Virus record (IMG/VR): IMGVR_UViG_3300030118_005064
Location: 1-55,670 of that record
Reading direction: 5' to 3' (one strand)
DNA: 55,670 nucleotides
From: a virus
Taxonomy: Duplodnaviria; Caudoviricetes
The notes under the pieces are model-generated. The model searched no databases. It had not been told where the DNA came from and saw only the letters and a list, made by a program, of their open reading frames with translations. This document shows, one piece after another, positions 29,676-38,578 of this stretch (its first letter is position 1; every line of letters starts with the position of its first letter). The position numbers were made by a program, and so were the translations under genes.

Positions 29676-30865
29676 CGAACCCAAAAGCAGGACACACGAG
29701 CGCAAGTGGAATGGGCACCGACGCCCAAGGATTGAGAGACGGCGACGGCCTTACGAGCCCCAGTCTAACGAATCTCTACGAAGGTCTCCATGGCAACGGT
29801 ATCATGAGGTTGGGCGATGGAGCAAGAGGCGATTCATTGAGAAACAGCATCGTTTCCAACACGCCGGGTTTTATTGAGATAGGCTCTTCACAAGGCGAAA
29901 TCAAAGTCTACGGAGGATTCTGTACGCTTGACGGCGTGCTGTACAAGTTTGCAGGCGGACCGGGTGCAAGTGAGTCGTTCATTGTGGGCACGACAGGGAG
30001 CGGAGCAAACCACAGCGGCGACTTGCCCAGCGTGCCCGGTAGCAACAGCGATGTCTTTGTCGTCGTCTACCTCGTCGGTAGGACAGGGCCGGAAGCCAAC
30101 CTGATGTACGAGATGGGGACGCCCGCCGCTCCCAGTAGCGGTACGCCTCTGATTCCCAACCGTTTTCTTTCAAGTCCAAGCATCAGTGGGAACACCGACG
30201 CCAATCATCAGCACACCGTTCTTGGTGTCCTACGCTACGCTATGACCGGTGGGGCAGGCAGTGTCACTGCATCCCTCAGTACAACGCCGACGATTCATGA
30301 CCGACGAACCTACATACGCTCTTCGCCGCTGTACCTCACTCCCATGACCAAAGGCTCCATCGGGAATGTTGACACCTCCAACGCACTCACCAGCGTTGAC
30401 GGCTTCTTTGCCAGCCCGGAGGACGGCGACCTCAGCGGGAGCACATTTGGCGCAATTTGGCAAACGCACAGGGCAGATGTAGCAGGTGCCAAGCATGGTG
30501 CCATCTACGCATCGGTGCCAAGAAATCTCAACACTACGCCTGTGACTAACACCTATGTGCTTGGCCCAAATCGTCTTGAAGTCGTTACGACGAGTGGAAA
30601 TGTCACCTTCACCTTTGACCAAGCCAATGTGTGGATTGTGACCACTGACAACAACCGCACCATCAACCCAACCGGTGCGTTTGGTGCTGGCCATGTTGTT
30701 GAAGTCTATCACAAGGCGGGCTCTCACACGCTTCATTTTGATTCAACGAGTGGTGGGCACAGCACCAGTACGAAAATCAATGTGGATGTCGCCGTCAACC
30801 AGTATGCCAAGTTCATCTACGACGGTGCGAACTGGCACAAGGTGGACCTGCACACGGTGAGTTGA
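29672..30865 (+). CDS. Putative tail fibre / structural protein
   Basis: G/S/T-rich 397 aa ending FIYDGANW; end of the structural operon. Confidence 0.55.
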   Translation: MTNPKAGHTSASGMGTDAQGLRDGDGLTSPSLTNLYEGLHGNGIMRLGDGARGDSLRNSIVSNTPGFIEIGSSQGEIKVYGGFCTLDGVLYKFAGGPGASESFIVGTTGSGANHSGDLPSVPGSNSDVFVVVYLVGRTGPEANLMYEMGTPAAPSSGTPLIPNRFLSSPSISGNTDANHQHTVLGVLRYAMTGGAGSVTASLSTTPTIHDRRTYIRSSPLYLTPMTKGSIGNVDTSNALTSVDGFFASPEDGDLSGSTFGAIWQTHRADVAGAKHGAIYASVPRNLNTTPVTNTYVLGPNRLEVVTTSGNVTFTFDQANVWIVTTDNNRTINPTGAFGAGHVVEVYHKAGSHTLHFDSTSGGHSTSTKINVDVAVNQYAKFIYDGANWHKVDLHTVS

Positions 30866-31113
30866 TGAGTCAGTTCGTAGACCTGTTCAAGCAGAAGTGC
30901 GAGAACTGCAACCGCATCGCTCTGCCTCTTTGCATCGCTGGCAGTTATATCAGTGGCGAGAAGGCGGTCGTCCATCAGTGTCCGTTCTGCAACTACCTAC
31001 GCTTCCACGGGCAACTCGGCTTCAAGGGAGAGCGCAAACGCAGGGTCAAGCCTGTCGCCAAACAGACTGGCGGTCGGCTGTCCAAGTATCTCATCCGTCG
31101 GGCTGAGAGATAA
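30865..31113 (+). CDS. Zn-finger protein with basic C-terminus
   Basis: CENC...CPFC; K/R-rich tail. Confidence 0.65.
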   Translation: MSQFVDLFKQKCENCNRIALPLCIAGSYISGEKAVVHQCPFCNYLRFHGQLGFKGERKRRVKPVAKQTGGRLSKYLIRRAER

Positions 31114-32616
31114 TCACTCAGTGCGCTTGCCGATGATGTCGTCAATGCGTAGGATGCTGACGGTCACTTCGCTGGCTGACAGGATGGCCTGTCGTACCAA
31201 ATCAAACGGTTCGTACACATGGCGTTCGGTCATGCTACAGGCACCGCCGTTGTCAATGTCAGGGCCGGAGTCCTTGTGCCCGGTCTTGTGTTCGTTCCTG
31301 AGCGTCAGGATGGTGTCCAGCGGGTCATGGCCAGCGTTCTCTGCGATGGTCGCAGGGATGGACTCCAGTGCGTCGGCAAAGGCTTCAATGGCCATTTGCT
31401 CACGACCGTCCACTGTGGCCGCTTTGGAGCGCAGGTACAGCGCCGCACCGATGTAGGCAGAGCCTCCACCAGCAACCATTCGCTTGGTGTTGTAGGCGAG
31501 GCACACAACGCCGAGAGCGTCTTCAAAACCACGCTCAGTTTCATCAAGCGTCTGCATGGTAGCACCTCGTAGAATGAGCGTGGTGACTTCGCCTTCGCCT
31601 TTGACGACGATGTACTTCATGTCGCCAATTTGCTTGCATTCAGCATCGCAGTCAACTGCTTCTACCAAATCGTCTGTGCTGTGCGAGATTGATGTGCCCA
31701 ACAGTTTGGACAGTGCCGTCATGTCGCTTTCAGGGATGCGATGCACCAGCGATATGCCCGACTTCGCCAGCGTAGCGGCCACAACTTCGTGCACCGTATC
31801 ACGGCAGAATACCACACCGCCGTCGGGTAAGAGGCTGATGATGGCGTTGGCACATTCCACCCACTGAGTGCGACCCGACTGTCGTTTGTATTGCTGGTAT
31901 TCGTTGGCCGACGATAAACTGAGTTGGATGTTCTCTTCACCCTTCATGTCACTGAGACCCGTGTTGATGAGCAGTGCTTTACCGTTGGGCTTGAGTGGCA
32001 TGGCAGGGAGCAGGAACTCTTTGTGCAGAACCACCCCGGAGAAGCAGGACGAATCGTCCAGTCCGCCACCGGGCTGACACAGCACACGGATGCGGTCGTA
32101 GTCACCGCCAGCAGTCTTGACAGCATCCACGCAAAGGTTGCTCACATGCGTGATGCTGGACTCCAACGATTTGCCCGTGATGGAAGTGCGAGCAATATCG
32201 CTGAGAAACTTCTCCTCGGCGTCCACTGCCAATTCGTTGTTGATGTAGTCAACTGCCCAGTTGGAAGCCTTTCGGTAGCCACGACAGATGATGTTGGCGT
32301 GCAATCCTTTGCTGAACAGCAGTTCGCTGTTGCCGAGCAATTCACCTGCAAGCACGACCGTGCTGGTCGTGCCGTCGTAGCACATGCTCTCTTGGGTGTT
32401 GGCCGCTTCAACCAGCATTCTTGCCGCAGGGTGACTGATGTCAAGTTCTTGCAGGATGGTGGCACCGTCGTTGGTGACGATGACATTTCCGCCGCTGTCA
32501 ACCATCATTTTGTCCATGCCCATTGGGCCAAGTGTCGTCTTGACTGTGCTGACTGCTCTCTTTGCCGCCCGGATGTTGTGGACGACTGCGCTTGTGTTGC
32601 TTTCGTTTTCGTTCAT
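31114..32616 (-). CDS. Thermosome (group II chaperonin)
   Basis: TTLGPMGMDKM, TNDGATIL, YDGTTS, AGGGSA, ILRIDDII motifs; likely ATG at 32616. Confidence 0.95.
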   Translation of the reverse strand: MNENESNTSAVVHNIRAAKRAVSTVKTTLGPMGMDKMMVDSGGNVIVTNDGATILQELDISHPAARMLVEAANTQESMCYDGTTSTVVLAGELLGNSELLFSKGLHANIICRGYRKASNWAVDYINNELAVDAEEKFLSDIARTSITGKSLESSITHVSNLCVDAVKTAGGDYDRIRVLCQPGGGLDDSSCFSGVVLHKEFLLPAMPLKPNGKALLINTGLSDMKGEENIQLSLSSANEYQQYKRQSGRTQWVECANAIISLLPDGGVVFCRDTVHEVVAATLAKSGISLVHRIPESDMTALSKLLGTSISHSTDDLVEAVDCDAECKQIGDMKYIVVKGEGEVTTLILRGATMQTLDETERGFEDALGVVCLAYNTKRMVAGGGSAYIGAALYLRSKAATVDGREQMAIEAFADALESIPATIAENAGHDPLDTILTLRNEHKTGHKDSGPDIDNGGACSMTERHVYEPFDLVRQAILSASEVTVSILRIDDIIGKRTE

Positions 32617-32630
32617 GTCTCTCTCTCTCC

Positions 32631-33239
32631 TCACCAGTCCACTTCGTACTCTTTCACATCGCCACTGTGTCGGCATCGTGCCTTGACGAAGCCCTCATTC
32701 ATGCCGTGTTCCCACAGTTCGTAGACCAGTTGAGCGTCCTTGAGGCAGTATTCTGCCACTTTGTCGTAGTTGCCTTTGCGCCATTCAATAGGCGCATCGT
32801 GGCTGTTCATCAGTTTCCCTTTGTTGAGGGTGTGATAACAAGCGTCGGACAGCGGCACAGCGTGCCCGACAATGGATTTCAGCAAAGCAGATGTGTCAAA
32901 CACCTGCTCTTCTGACTTGGCCATGATGTCACCGGCTGTCCAACAGTCCAGTGCATCACGGATGATTGGGAGGTCAAACTGTTTCAAGTTGTGACCGAGG
33001 ACCATGCCGCCCTCAGAGACATGCTTGGCCAAGTCTTCCCCGATTATTTTTGGGTGAAGGGGCTTGACATCCGTACCTTCGGGTAGATACTTGGACACCT
33101 TTTCATCAGCGTAGACCGTGCCTTTTTCGCCATCCCAAGTGGCGACAACCGTTGGCTCAAAGAGATGACTGGAACCCCATCCTCCAATCTCATGAGAGAA
33201 GTTTGCAGTTTCAATATCAAGGGCCAACATTTTCTTCAT
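32631..33239 (-). CDS. DEDD / RNase H-like 3'-5' exonuclease
   Basis: LDIET, GHNLKQFDLP, EYCLKD motifs. Confidence 0.8.
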   Translation of the reverse strand: MKKMLALDIETANFSHEIGGWGSSHLFEPTVVATWDGEKGTVYADEKVSKYLPEGTDVKPLHPKIIGEDLAKHVSEGGMVLGHNLKQFDLPIIRDALDCWTAGDIMAKSEEQVFDTSALLKSIVGHAVPLSDACYHTLNKGKLMNSHDAPIEWRKGNYDKVAEYCLKDAQLVYELWEHGMNEGFVKARCRHSGDVKEYEVDW

Positions 33240-33385
33240 TTGATGAACGCCTCCATGGTATGCCTGCACCCATCGCACAGTCCCAGCATTTTGTTCAGGT
33301 GAGCGCCGATAATATGACCTCCGATGTTATCACCGAGTTTGGTATCACATAAAACACACTCGGCGTGCCAAGGTGTTTTCATCAT
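33236..33385 (-). CDS. 49-aa Zn-finger microprotein (below track cutoff)
   Basis: MMKTPWHAECVLC...LCDGCRHTMEAFIK; ATGA overlaps at both ends fill the gap exactly. Confidence 0.65.
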   Translation of the reverse strand: MMKTPWHAECVLCDTKLGDNIGGHIIGAHLNKMLGLCDGCRHTMEAFIK

Positions 33386-34806
33386 TGTTTGCCCCCTTTC
33401 TTGAAATCGCTGTTGAGGCGAATAAACACCCGGACCCCCTCTCTCGTGTCGCTAAACATTTCAGTGCCGTAGGTGTTGAACTTCTCGTTGACTGTAGCGT
33501 GACTGCTGTAGTTGGCCAGTTTGCCGAAGTTTGACATGACCTCTTTCTTCTTAGCCCACCCATGCCCACGGTGGTCGTCAAAGTCAAACAGTTCTGCTTT
33601 GTTGTAAGCATCTCGCCAACAGGCTTGCATCTTGTTCTTCTCTGATGCGCCCGCTCCGATGTTAACTTCGGACTCAAGCCACTGGATGAGATTCTGATAC
33701 AGGTCAAAGAGAATTTCTTTGGCCATGTCCACATGGTCTCCTCTGACGACCCATGTCCCTTCAATCATGGCGAAGTGATGAGCGAGAATGTTGGTGTAAT
33801 TCTGCAAGCCCATGATGAATGAGGAACAGATGCCTTGTTTGTCAGGACTCATAACTTCAACAACGCTGTAATACTCATCAATGGCAGAAATCAAAGCAGG
33901 TTTGTACGCCTCATCAGGTCGGAACATCTGCCGCATGAGCCCCATAACGACCACTTCTTGGTCGTCACTACTCATCTCATCCCACTCAAGAGGAGCGATG
34001 TCGCTGAGTTCCAGCACTCTGCGCTTAAGTTTCTTTTGCAAGTCCTTGAAAAAGCCAGTGACTTCTTCAAACGGTACTTCAAATTTAGGCTCACTGTACA
34101 CATCTTCTGCAAGGGCGTGGTTAATTTGTCGCTTCATTTCAAGTGTCCAATGTCGCCAGTAGGTCAGCACACGCTGAAAAATGCCCTTGTCAAGCACATG
34201 CTCTTTGATACCTTTTGGTGGGTAGGTAGTAATCCACAATGACACTTCTGACTTGATAGTGAATGTGTCCCTCGCCATGTGCTTTGTCAGTATGTTACGC
34301 CCAGTTCCTGCTGAGTTCAGAGCAGATTGTAAGAACAGAGTCGTGCTTTCGTTGAATTGACCCGTCTTGAGAACAACACTGCCTTCGTCAAAATTCAATC
34401 CTTTGCGACCTGCAAGGAGTCCCGGTCTTGTCACTTGAGGGGCATCCCTCGGGTTGCCTTCAAAATCAGGGTCAGGGACCAATGTCCCTATGAGAGCGGC
34501 ATCGTTACCACTGTTGTAGTCAGCAGTGTTCAGGTTGGAGCCGCTAAGCACCTTTTCTATGATTTGATATGCCGCTGATTTGCCTGTCCGAGTGTCTTGA
34601 ATCCAAAACATGTTGACCCTTGGGTCAAGGTTGCTACCCCCCACAGGCACTCTTACATACGGTATCGCCGCTTGTCCCAAAATGTAGAAAAACGAAATCA
34701 GTCCGGGGATTTCGTTGTTCTTGCTGACTTCTTTGAAGTGCTCAAGGTAACCTCGCAGAATCCCATAACTCCTAACGCATTCATACTTACTTGCTTTGTG
34801 TTCCAT
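33382..34806 (-). CDS. MCM-like AAA+ replicative helicase
   Basis: Walker A TRTGKS, AALIGT...PGLLA, Walker B LNFDE; replication cluster context. Confidence 0.6.
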   Translation of the reverse strand: MEHKASKYECVRSYGILRGYLEHFKEVSKNNEIPGLISFFYILGQAAIPYVRVPVGGSNLDPRVNMFWIQDTRTGKSAAYQIIEKVLSGSNLNTADYNSGNDAALIGTLVPDPDFEGNPRDAPQVTRPGLLAGRKGLNFDEGSVVLKTGQFNESTTLFLQSALNSAGTGRNILTKHMARDTFTIKSEVSLWITTYPPKGIKEHVLDKGIFQRVLTYWRHWTLEMKRQINHALAEDVYSEPKFEVPFEEVTGFFKDLQKKLKRRVLELSDIAPLEWDEMSSDDQEVVVMGLMRQMFRPDEAYKPALISAIDEYYSVVEVMSPDKQGICSSFIMGLQNYTNILAHHFAMIEGTWVVRGDHVDMAKEILFDLYQNLIQWLESEVNIGAGASEKNKMQACWRDAYNKAELFDFDDHRGHGWAKKKEVMSNFGKLANYSSHATVNEKFNTYGTEMFSDTREGVRVFIRLNSDFKKGGKQ

Positions 34807-35518
34807 GTCTCTCTCCTCTCTTGAATGTCTTTTTGACTGTGACGGGCTCTTCGGATGTCAAGACATCCAATAGTCGCTGGCGCAACTTTGGACCCATTCC
34901 TCGTACTGCTTTTAACGACTCCGGGTACAGCATTTCTTCAATTGACCCGCAAACTTCCAACAGTTTCGTCACCATTTCAGGACCGATGCCCGGCACCGTA
35001 ACGAGCATGTCGGCTCGCACATCATTGGTACTTGTTCTTGTCACGGCTCTTGCGCCATGCCTGCTTGCCGACTTGTGCATTTTGCTATGCAGTTTGGCGA
35101 TAAACATACCTGCTTCAGCGCAGTCCTTTGCTCTATAGATGTGACAATCAAAGTCTGCTGTTAAACGAGCAAAAATCCCCAGCATCAAATCAAGCGTTTT
35201 TGCGTAACTGGTTGGCCGACCTTGGTTTCGGCACATGGCCACATACTTCGCTATGTCTCCATGTACGACCAGTACAACTCGCTCGCAGTTTGCGTCAAGA
35301 TTTTCAATTTGACGCTGTAGATGCCCTTTGAAGGTGGACTGAATGAGGTCCGATATGCTTTTGCACTCTATGCTGGCGTTTCCAGCCTTGTAGTCGCCCA
35401 TTCCCTGTAAGTGTTCTTTCTTGACAGGGAAGCCCTCTCTTTCAGCGGCTCTGACCACAGCGTCGTGAAGTGGTCCACGCTCGTTGCTGTCAATGAGTAA
35501 CGGCTGTGTCATTTTCAT
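34787..35518 (-). CDS. ERCC4/XPF-family nuclease with HhH motifs
   Basis: IDSNE, GDY, IECKSISDL; VPGIGP and VRGMGP HhH repeats. Confidence 0.85.
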   Translation of the reverse strand: MKMTQPLLIDSNERGPLHDAVVRAAEREGFPVKKEHLQGMGDYKAGNASIECKSISDLIQSTFKGHLQRQIENLDANCERVVLVVHGDIAKYVAMCRNQGRPTSYAKTLDLMLGIFARLTADFDCHIYRAKDCAEAGMFIAKLHSKMHKSASRHGARAVTRTSTNDVRADMLVTVPGIGPEMVTKLLEVCGSIEEMLYPESLKAVRGMGPKLRQRLLDVLTSEEPVTVKKTFKRGERHGTQSK

Positions 35519-35742
35519 TCAGACACCTCATAATTTTGATGATAGATGCAGTATTTGCTGTTCTCAATAGTCCACTGCTTGCATCTTTTTTTCTTCACTG
35601 TAATACCTTGGCAACGATGACTGTCAGGAGCCGTTTTAGCACGGCAACTAACGCAGTGAACTTCTCCTCTTTGGGTCGTCTTGGCTTTGTTACTTACAAC
35701 AGCGTCGCAAATGGCACAGTGTGTGTTCAGCCTGTGCTTCAT
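35515..35742 (-). CDS. Small double Zn-finger protein
   Basis: CAIC...CVSC, then CQGIT...RC...YCIYH. Confidence 0.65.
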   Translation of the reverse strand: MKHRLNTHCAICDAVVSNKAKTTQRGEVHCVSCRAKTAPDSHRCQGITVKKKRCKQWTIENSKYCIYHQNYEVSE

Positions 35743-36851
35743 GCTTCTCCCTCACTAAAATCAATCGCTCCTGTTTTGTCCCAGTAACGGCACTTGCCGA
35801 GGCACATGCCTTTTTTGTAGAGCATTGAACAGGTTTGGGGATATTCTGTGCCGACGATGGTGCCCACTTGATAACGAGTGGTTCCCTCGTTGAAATCAGC
35901 CCAATCAAGAGACCGTATGAAACTGACAATCGTTTCTGTGTGTTCTTCCAACTTGGCTCGGTCAATCCGTTCCACGGGAATGAAGTTTCTCAGGCGTTTT
36001 GACAAATACTTGACAAGTTGAACTCGTTCGTCGTGGCTGGGGTTGCTACCCACACGGCACGCCGCTTGGTTGAGACACGGTAGGATAATCACGCCGTCCA
36101 TGGAAATAGTAGGCAAGTCAATGGGTTTCGTGTTCGGGTTGAACACCTTGCCCCGGCTTTTGCCTTTGACGACTTCCAACTTGAGCCCTTGTCCGCCGTA
36201 CGGAATCATACCTTGGCCGGGGTCAAGTGCCTTTTCCATGATGTGGTACAGACCAGCCTCAAGGTCGCCTGTGCTGAGCGGAATGGACCACAGGCCTCGC
36301 TTGGAGTTGTAGGAGTTTGGAATACGAATCATGCCGCTGGTATCAAACGGAACGGCAGGGTCAGAGCAGTACAGGTCCATGGTGTGAATCCATTCGCTGA
36401 CCAGTTTCATTCCTGCTTCTTTGATGTCGGACAGACTGTCGCCACTGCTGGGCATGTAGGCTTTGTCCAGCCCCACCCACACATGAAAGCCCCCGCCGCT
36501 GTACCACATGCTGTGCGTGATGTCCTGCTCCAGCAAGAACTCGTGAAGTCGCTTAGTCTGTTCAAGAGGGGCTTCCGGGTCAACATCACCGCCTTTGTTT
36601 TTCCGAAAATCCTTCGGGTCAAAGTCCATCACGAAGTGACGAATGATGGGAGTCTCCAAGTTCACTCGCTTGTTGAAAGGTGGGAGCGTAGCCCGGTAAC
36701 CGTACACGGTCATGTAGGCGTTTGACACTCCGTTTTTTCCTTCCCAATAACGCTCCAAGTCAGTGTTGCTTCGCACGATTTTACGATAACCTCTGCCCCT
36801 TTCGGGACTCAGTTCCATAACCTCTCGTGGAAAATCAAAGACAAGTTGCAT
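35739..36851 (-). CDS. Archaeo-eukaryotic primase, PriS catalytic domain fused to PriL-like Fe-S domain
   Basis: MDFD, SGGGFH, IRIPNSYN; C-terminal LPCL...HDER...YPQTC...CLGKC. Confidence 0.85.
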   Translation of the reverse strand: MQLVFDFPREVMELSPERGRGYRKIVRSNTDLERYWEGKNGVSNAYMTVYGYRATLPPFNKRVNLETPIIRHFVMDFDPKDFRKNKGGDVDPEAPLEQTKRLHEFLLEQDITHSMWYSGGGFHVWVGLDKAYMPSSGDSLSDIKEAGMKLVSEWIHTMDLYCSDPAVPFDTSGMIRIPNSYNSKRGLWSIPLSTGDLEAGLYHIMEKALDPGQGMIPYGGQGLKLEVVKGKSRGKVFNPNTKPIDLPTISMDGVIILPCLNQAACRVGSNPSHDERVQLVKYLSKRLRNFIPVERIDRAKLEEHTETIVSFIRSLDWADFNEGTTRYQVGTIVGTEYPQTCSMLYKKGMCLGKCRYWDKTGAIDFSEGEA

Positions 36852-36852
36852 C

Positions 36853-37131
36853 TTACTCACTTCTGTACATGGATGCAATTCTCGTTACGACTCCTGACAA
36901 TTTCGCTTTGCTTTGCAAAAGCGTGGTGTTCAAACTAAGGTACATGATTCCTTTGGAACCGATACCTTCACCGTCAAACTCGTACAGTGTCTTTTGGATA
37001 GCGACACTGTACTCTTTGTTCTTACCCAAGTGCGAGAAAGAAACCTGAACAGGTCTGCCTGTTTGCAACTCCAACCGTTTCTGTATTCTGCGCTTCGTAT
37101 TTTCTATCCGCATAACTTGAAATTTGTTCAT
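36853..37131 (-). CDS. Hypothetical basic protein
   Basis: ORF with ATGA overlap, in operon. Confidence 0.6.
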   Translation of the reverse strand: MNKFQVMRIENTKRRIQKRLELQTGRPVQVSFSHLGKNKEYSVAIQKTLYEFDGEGIGSKGIMYLSLNTTLLQSKAKLSGVVTRIASMYRSE

Positions 37132-38123
37132 GCAACCGCCTCCTTGTAATTGTCAAGGTATTCTTGTGGATTGTCACTGCCTTCCCAACTCGGACAAACA
37201 GATTTGAAGTTGCAGTAGGCACACTTGCCTGCACTCGGCTTGGTGGGAAAGTCTTCGGCAAGGTAAGCCGTCAACAGTGCTGTCTTGAGGCGCTCTACAC
37301 GCTTCCCAAAAGTTGTCCACCTACGCCCGGTGGCCTCTTCGTACACGACCTTGTTCACGCCACGCTGTTCGTAGCCGTACTTGTTCAACGGGTCCAACTC
37401 AGCAGTGTTACCCGAAGGGTAGACCCATCCCCAGTGCGTGACATCTTGATACGGGTGGTTCGCCCATTGGAGAAGTTTCTTGTAAAACGCCATCTCTTGT
37501 CGCATGGACTCCATCTTGAACTTGGAATCCTGCCACTCATCTTGGCGGTTCTTGGTCTGCACCCACTTCCCGGTCTTCAACTCCATGAGGGCGTAAGTAC
37601 CCTCGTCTGTCGCATAACCTCGGTCAATACTCCCAGCAAAATGGATGGGAATCGTGTGAGTCTCGCCATTGAATTCAATCTCTTCCTCAACGAAAGCATG
37701 CACCTCCAACTCATTGATGACAGGTAGATAGTTCTCTTTGCCACCAGCGAGTAAGCGTTCCAAGTCCCACCGGATGCGTTGCTCAATGGATTGTCCTTCA
37801 CCGAGAACATACTCCTGTTCAGGTATCACGCTCAGTGCCAATTCCAGTGCCTCCTGTCGCTTGTCTCTCTGCATCAGCGTGTAGAGTTCATCAAGGACAG
37901 GGGGTACATTGTCGTAGAACTTTTCAATGGCGTCGTGGACATTGTTACCCTTCGTCATGGCGTCAGTGGATGGCTCAGGAAGACGATGAATGCGCTTGTA
38001 CTCGTACTGCTTGGGGCAGAAGTCAAAGTCGCTCGTCAGGCTTGTCTTGGTCATTCTCAGGTATGGCTTCTCGCCCATGATGTAGGACGATTTTCGGTAT
38101 GCTTCCCAGTCTCTTTCACTCAT
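37128..38123 (-). CDS. Cas4/AddB-like PD-(D/E)XK exonuclease
   Basis: CPKQY, GNNVH, GSIDR, ELKTG, CAYC...C Fe-S ligands. Confidence 0.85.
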   Translation of the reverse strand: MSERDWEAYRKSSYIMGEKPYLRMTKTSLTSDFDFCPKQYEYKRIHRLPEPSTDAMTKGNNVHDAIEKFYDNVPPVLDELYTLMQRDKRQEALELALSVIPEQEYVLGEGQSIEQRIRWDLERLLAGGKENYLPVINELEVHAFVEEEIEFNGETHTIPIHFAGSIDRGYATDEGTYALMELKTGKWVQTKNRQDEWQDSKFKMESMRQEMAFYKKLLQWANHPYQDVTHWGWVYPSGNTAELDPLNKYGYEQRGVNKVVYEEATGRRWTTFGKRVERLKTALLTAYLAEDFPTKPSAGKCAYCNFKSVCPSWEGSDNPQEYLDNYKEAVA

Positions 38124-38296
38124 TGATATGCCTCCAGTGTTCTCTGCTCCATCTCTGCGAACTCAAACAGTCTTGATTGGCGAGTGCAAACCTCGTCTGC
38201 TCTTCCACAAGTAGGGCAGGTGGATTTGAGTCGCCACCAAGTTCGTTTTTTTGTCGGAGCGTCTTTGACTTTTCTCCAAAACATCCACTTGCTCAT
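38120..38296 (-). CDS. 58-aa microprotein with CPTC and two PIP-like motifs (below track cutoff)
   Basis: MSKWMFWRK...CPTCG...QSRLFEF..EQRTLEAYQ; ATGA overlaps at both ends. Confidence 0.6.
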   Translation of the reverse strand: MSKWMFWRKVKDAPTKKRTWWRLKSTCPTCGRADEVCTRQSRLFEFAEMEQRTLEAYQ

Positions 38297-38577
38297 TCTT
38301 CCTCACCCCTTTTCTTTGTACGATGGAACCAATCACTGGGGAATGCGGCGGCTCTCATGTCTTGCATGGCAAAAGCAGGAGGTGGTGCCTTCATACCTCC
38401 TTCCATTTCAATCAGCATTTGCAGGTAAATTGCCAAGTCCATGGCCTCTTCCTGTGCATGGATGAGCCATTCAAGACGAGATAAGCCAGCAGTCTCCACG
38501 GTCACTCCGTACTTATTCTTGCCAACCTCAGCCCGTTGCTGAATCTTCTTGCACACTTCGTCTTCAATTCTACTCAT
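38293..38577 (-). CDS. Small all-alpha protein, possibly MazG-like nucleotide pyrophosphohydrolase
   Basis: GKNKYGVT...WLIHAQEEAMDLAIY (EExxD) motif common in phage genes. Confidence 0.5.
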   Translation of the reverse strand: MSRIEDEVCKKIQQRAEVGKNKYGVTVETAGLSRLEWLIHAQEEAMDLAIYLQMLIEMEGGMKAPPPAFAMQDMRAAAFPSDWFHRTKKRGEEE

Positions 38578-38578
38578 G

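Noticed and set aside
10659-30865. Diversity-generating retroelement acting on tail/adhesin genes
   Set aside because: No reverse transcriptase and no near-identical TR/VR pair with adenine-specific mismatches seen; the shared modules are diverged at all positions.
653-31000. Numerous long - strand ORFs opposite structural genes (e.g. 653..1342, 13380..14135, 26292..27011)
   Set aside because: Antisense shadows of strongly biased coding frames; no SD, motifs or operon logic.
37128-38123. Cas4-like gene as a sign of a CRISPR-Cas system
   Set aside because: No repeat-spacer array or other cas genes seen; stand-alone Cas4-like nucleases are common in archaeal virus replication modules.
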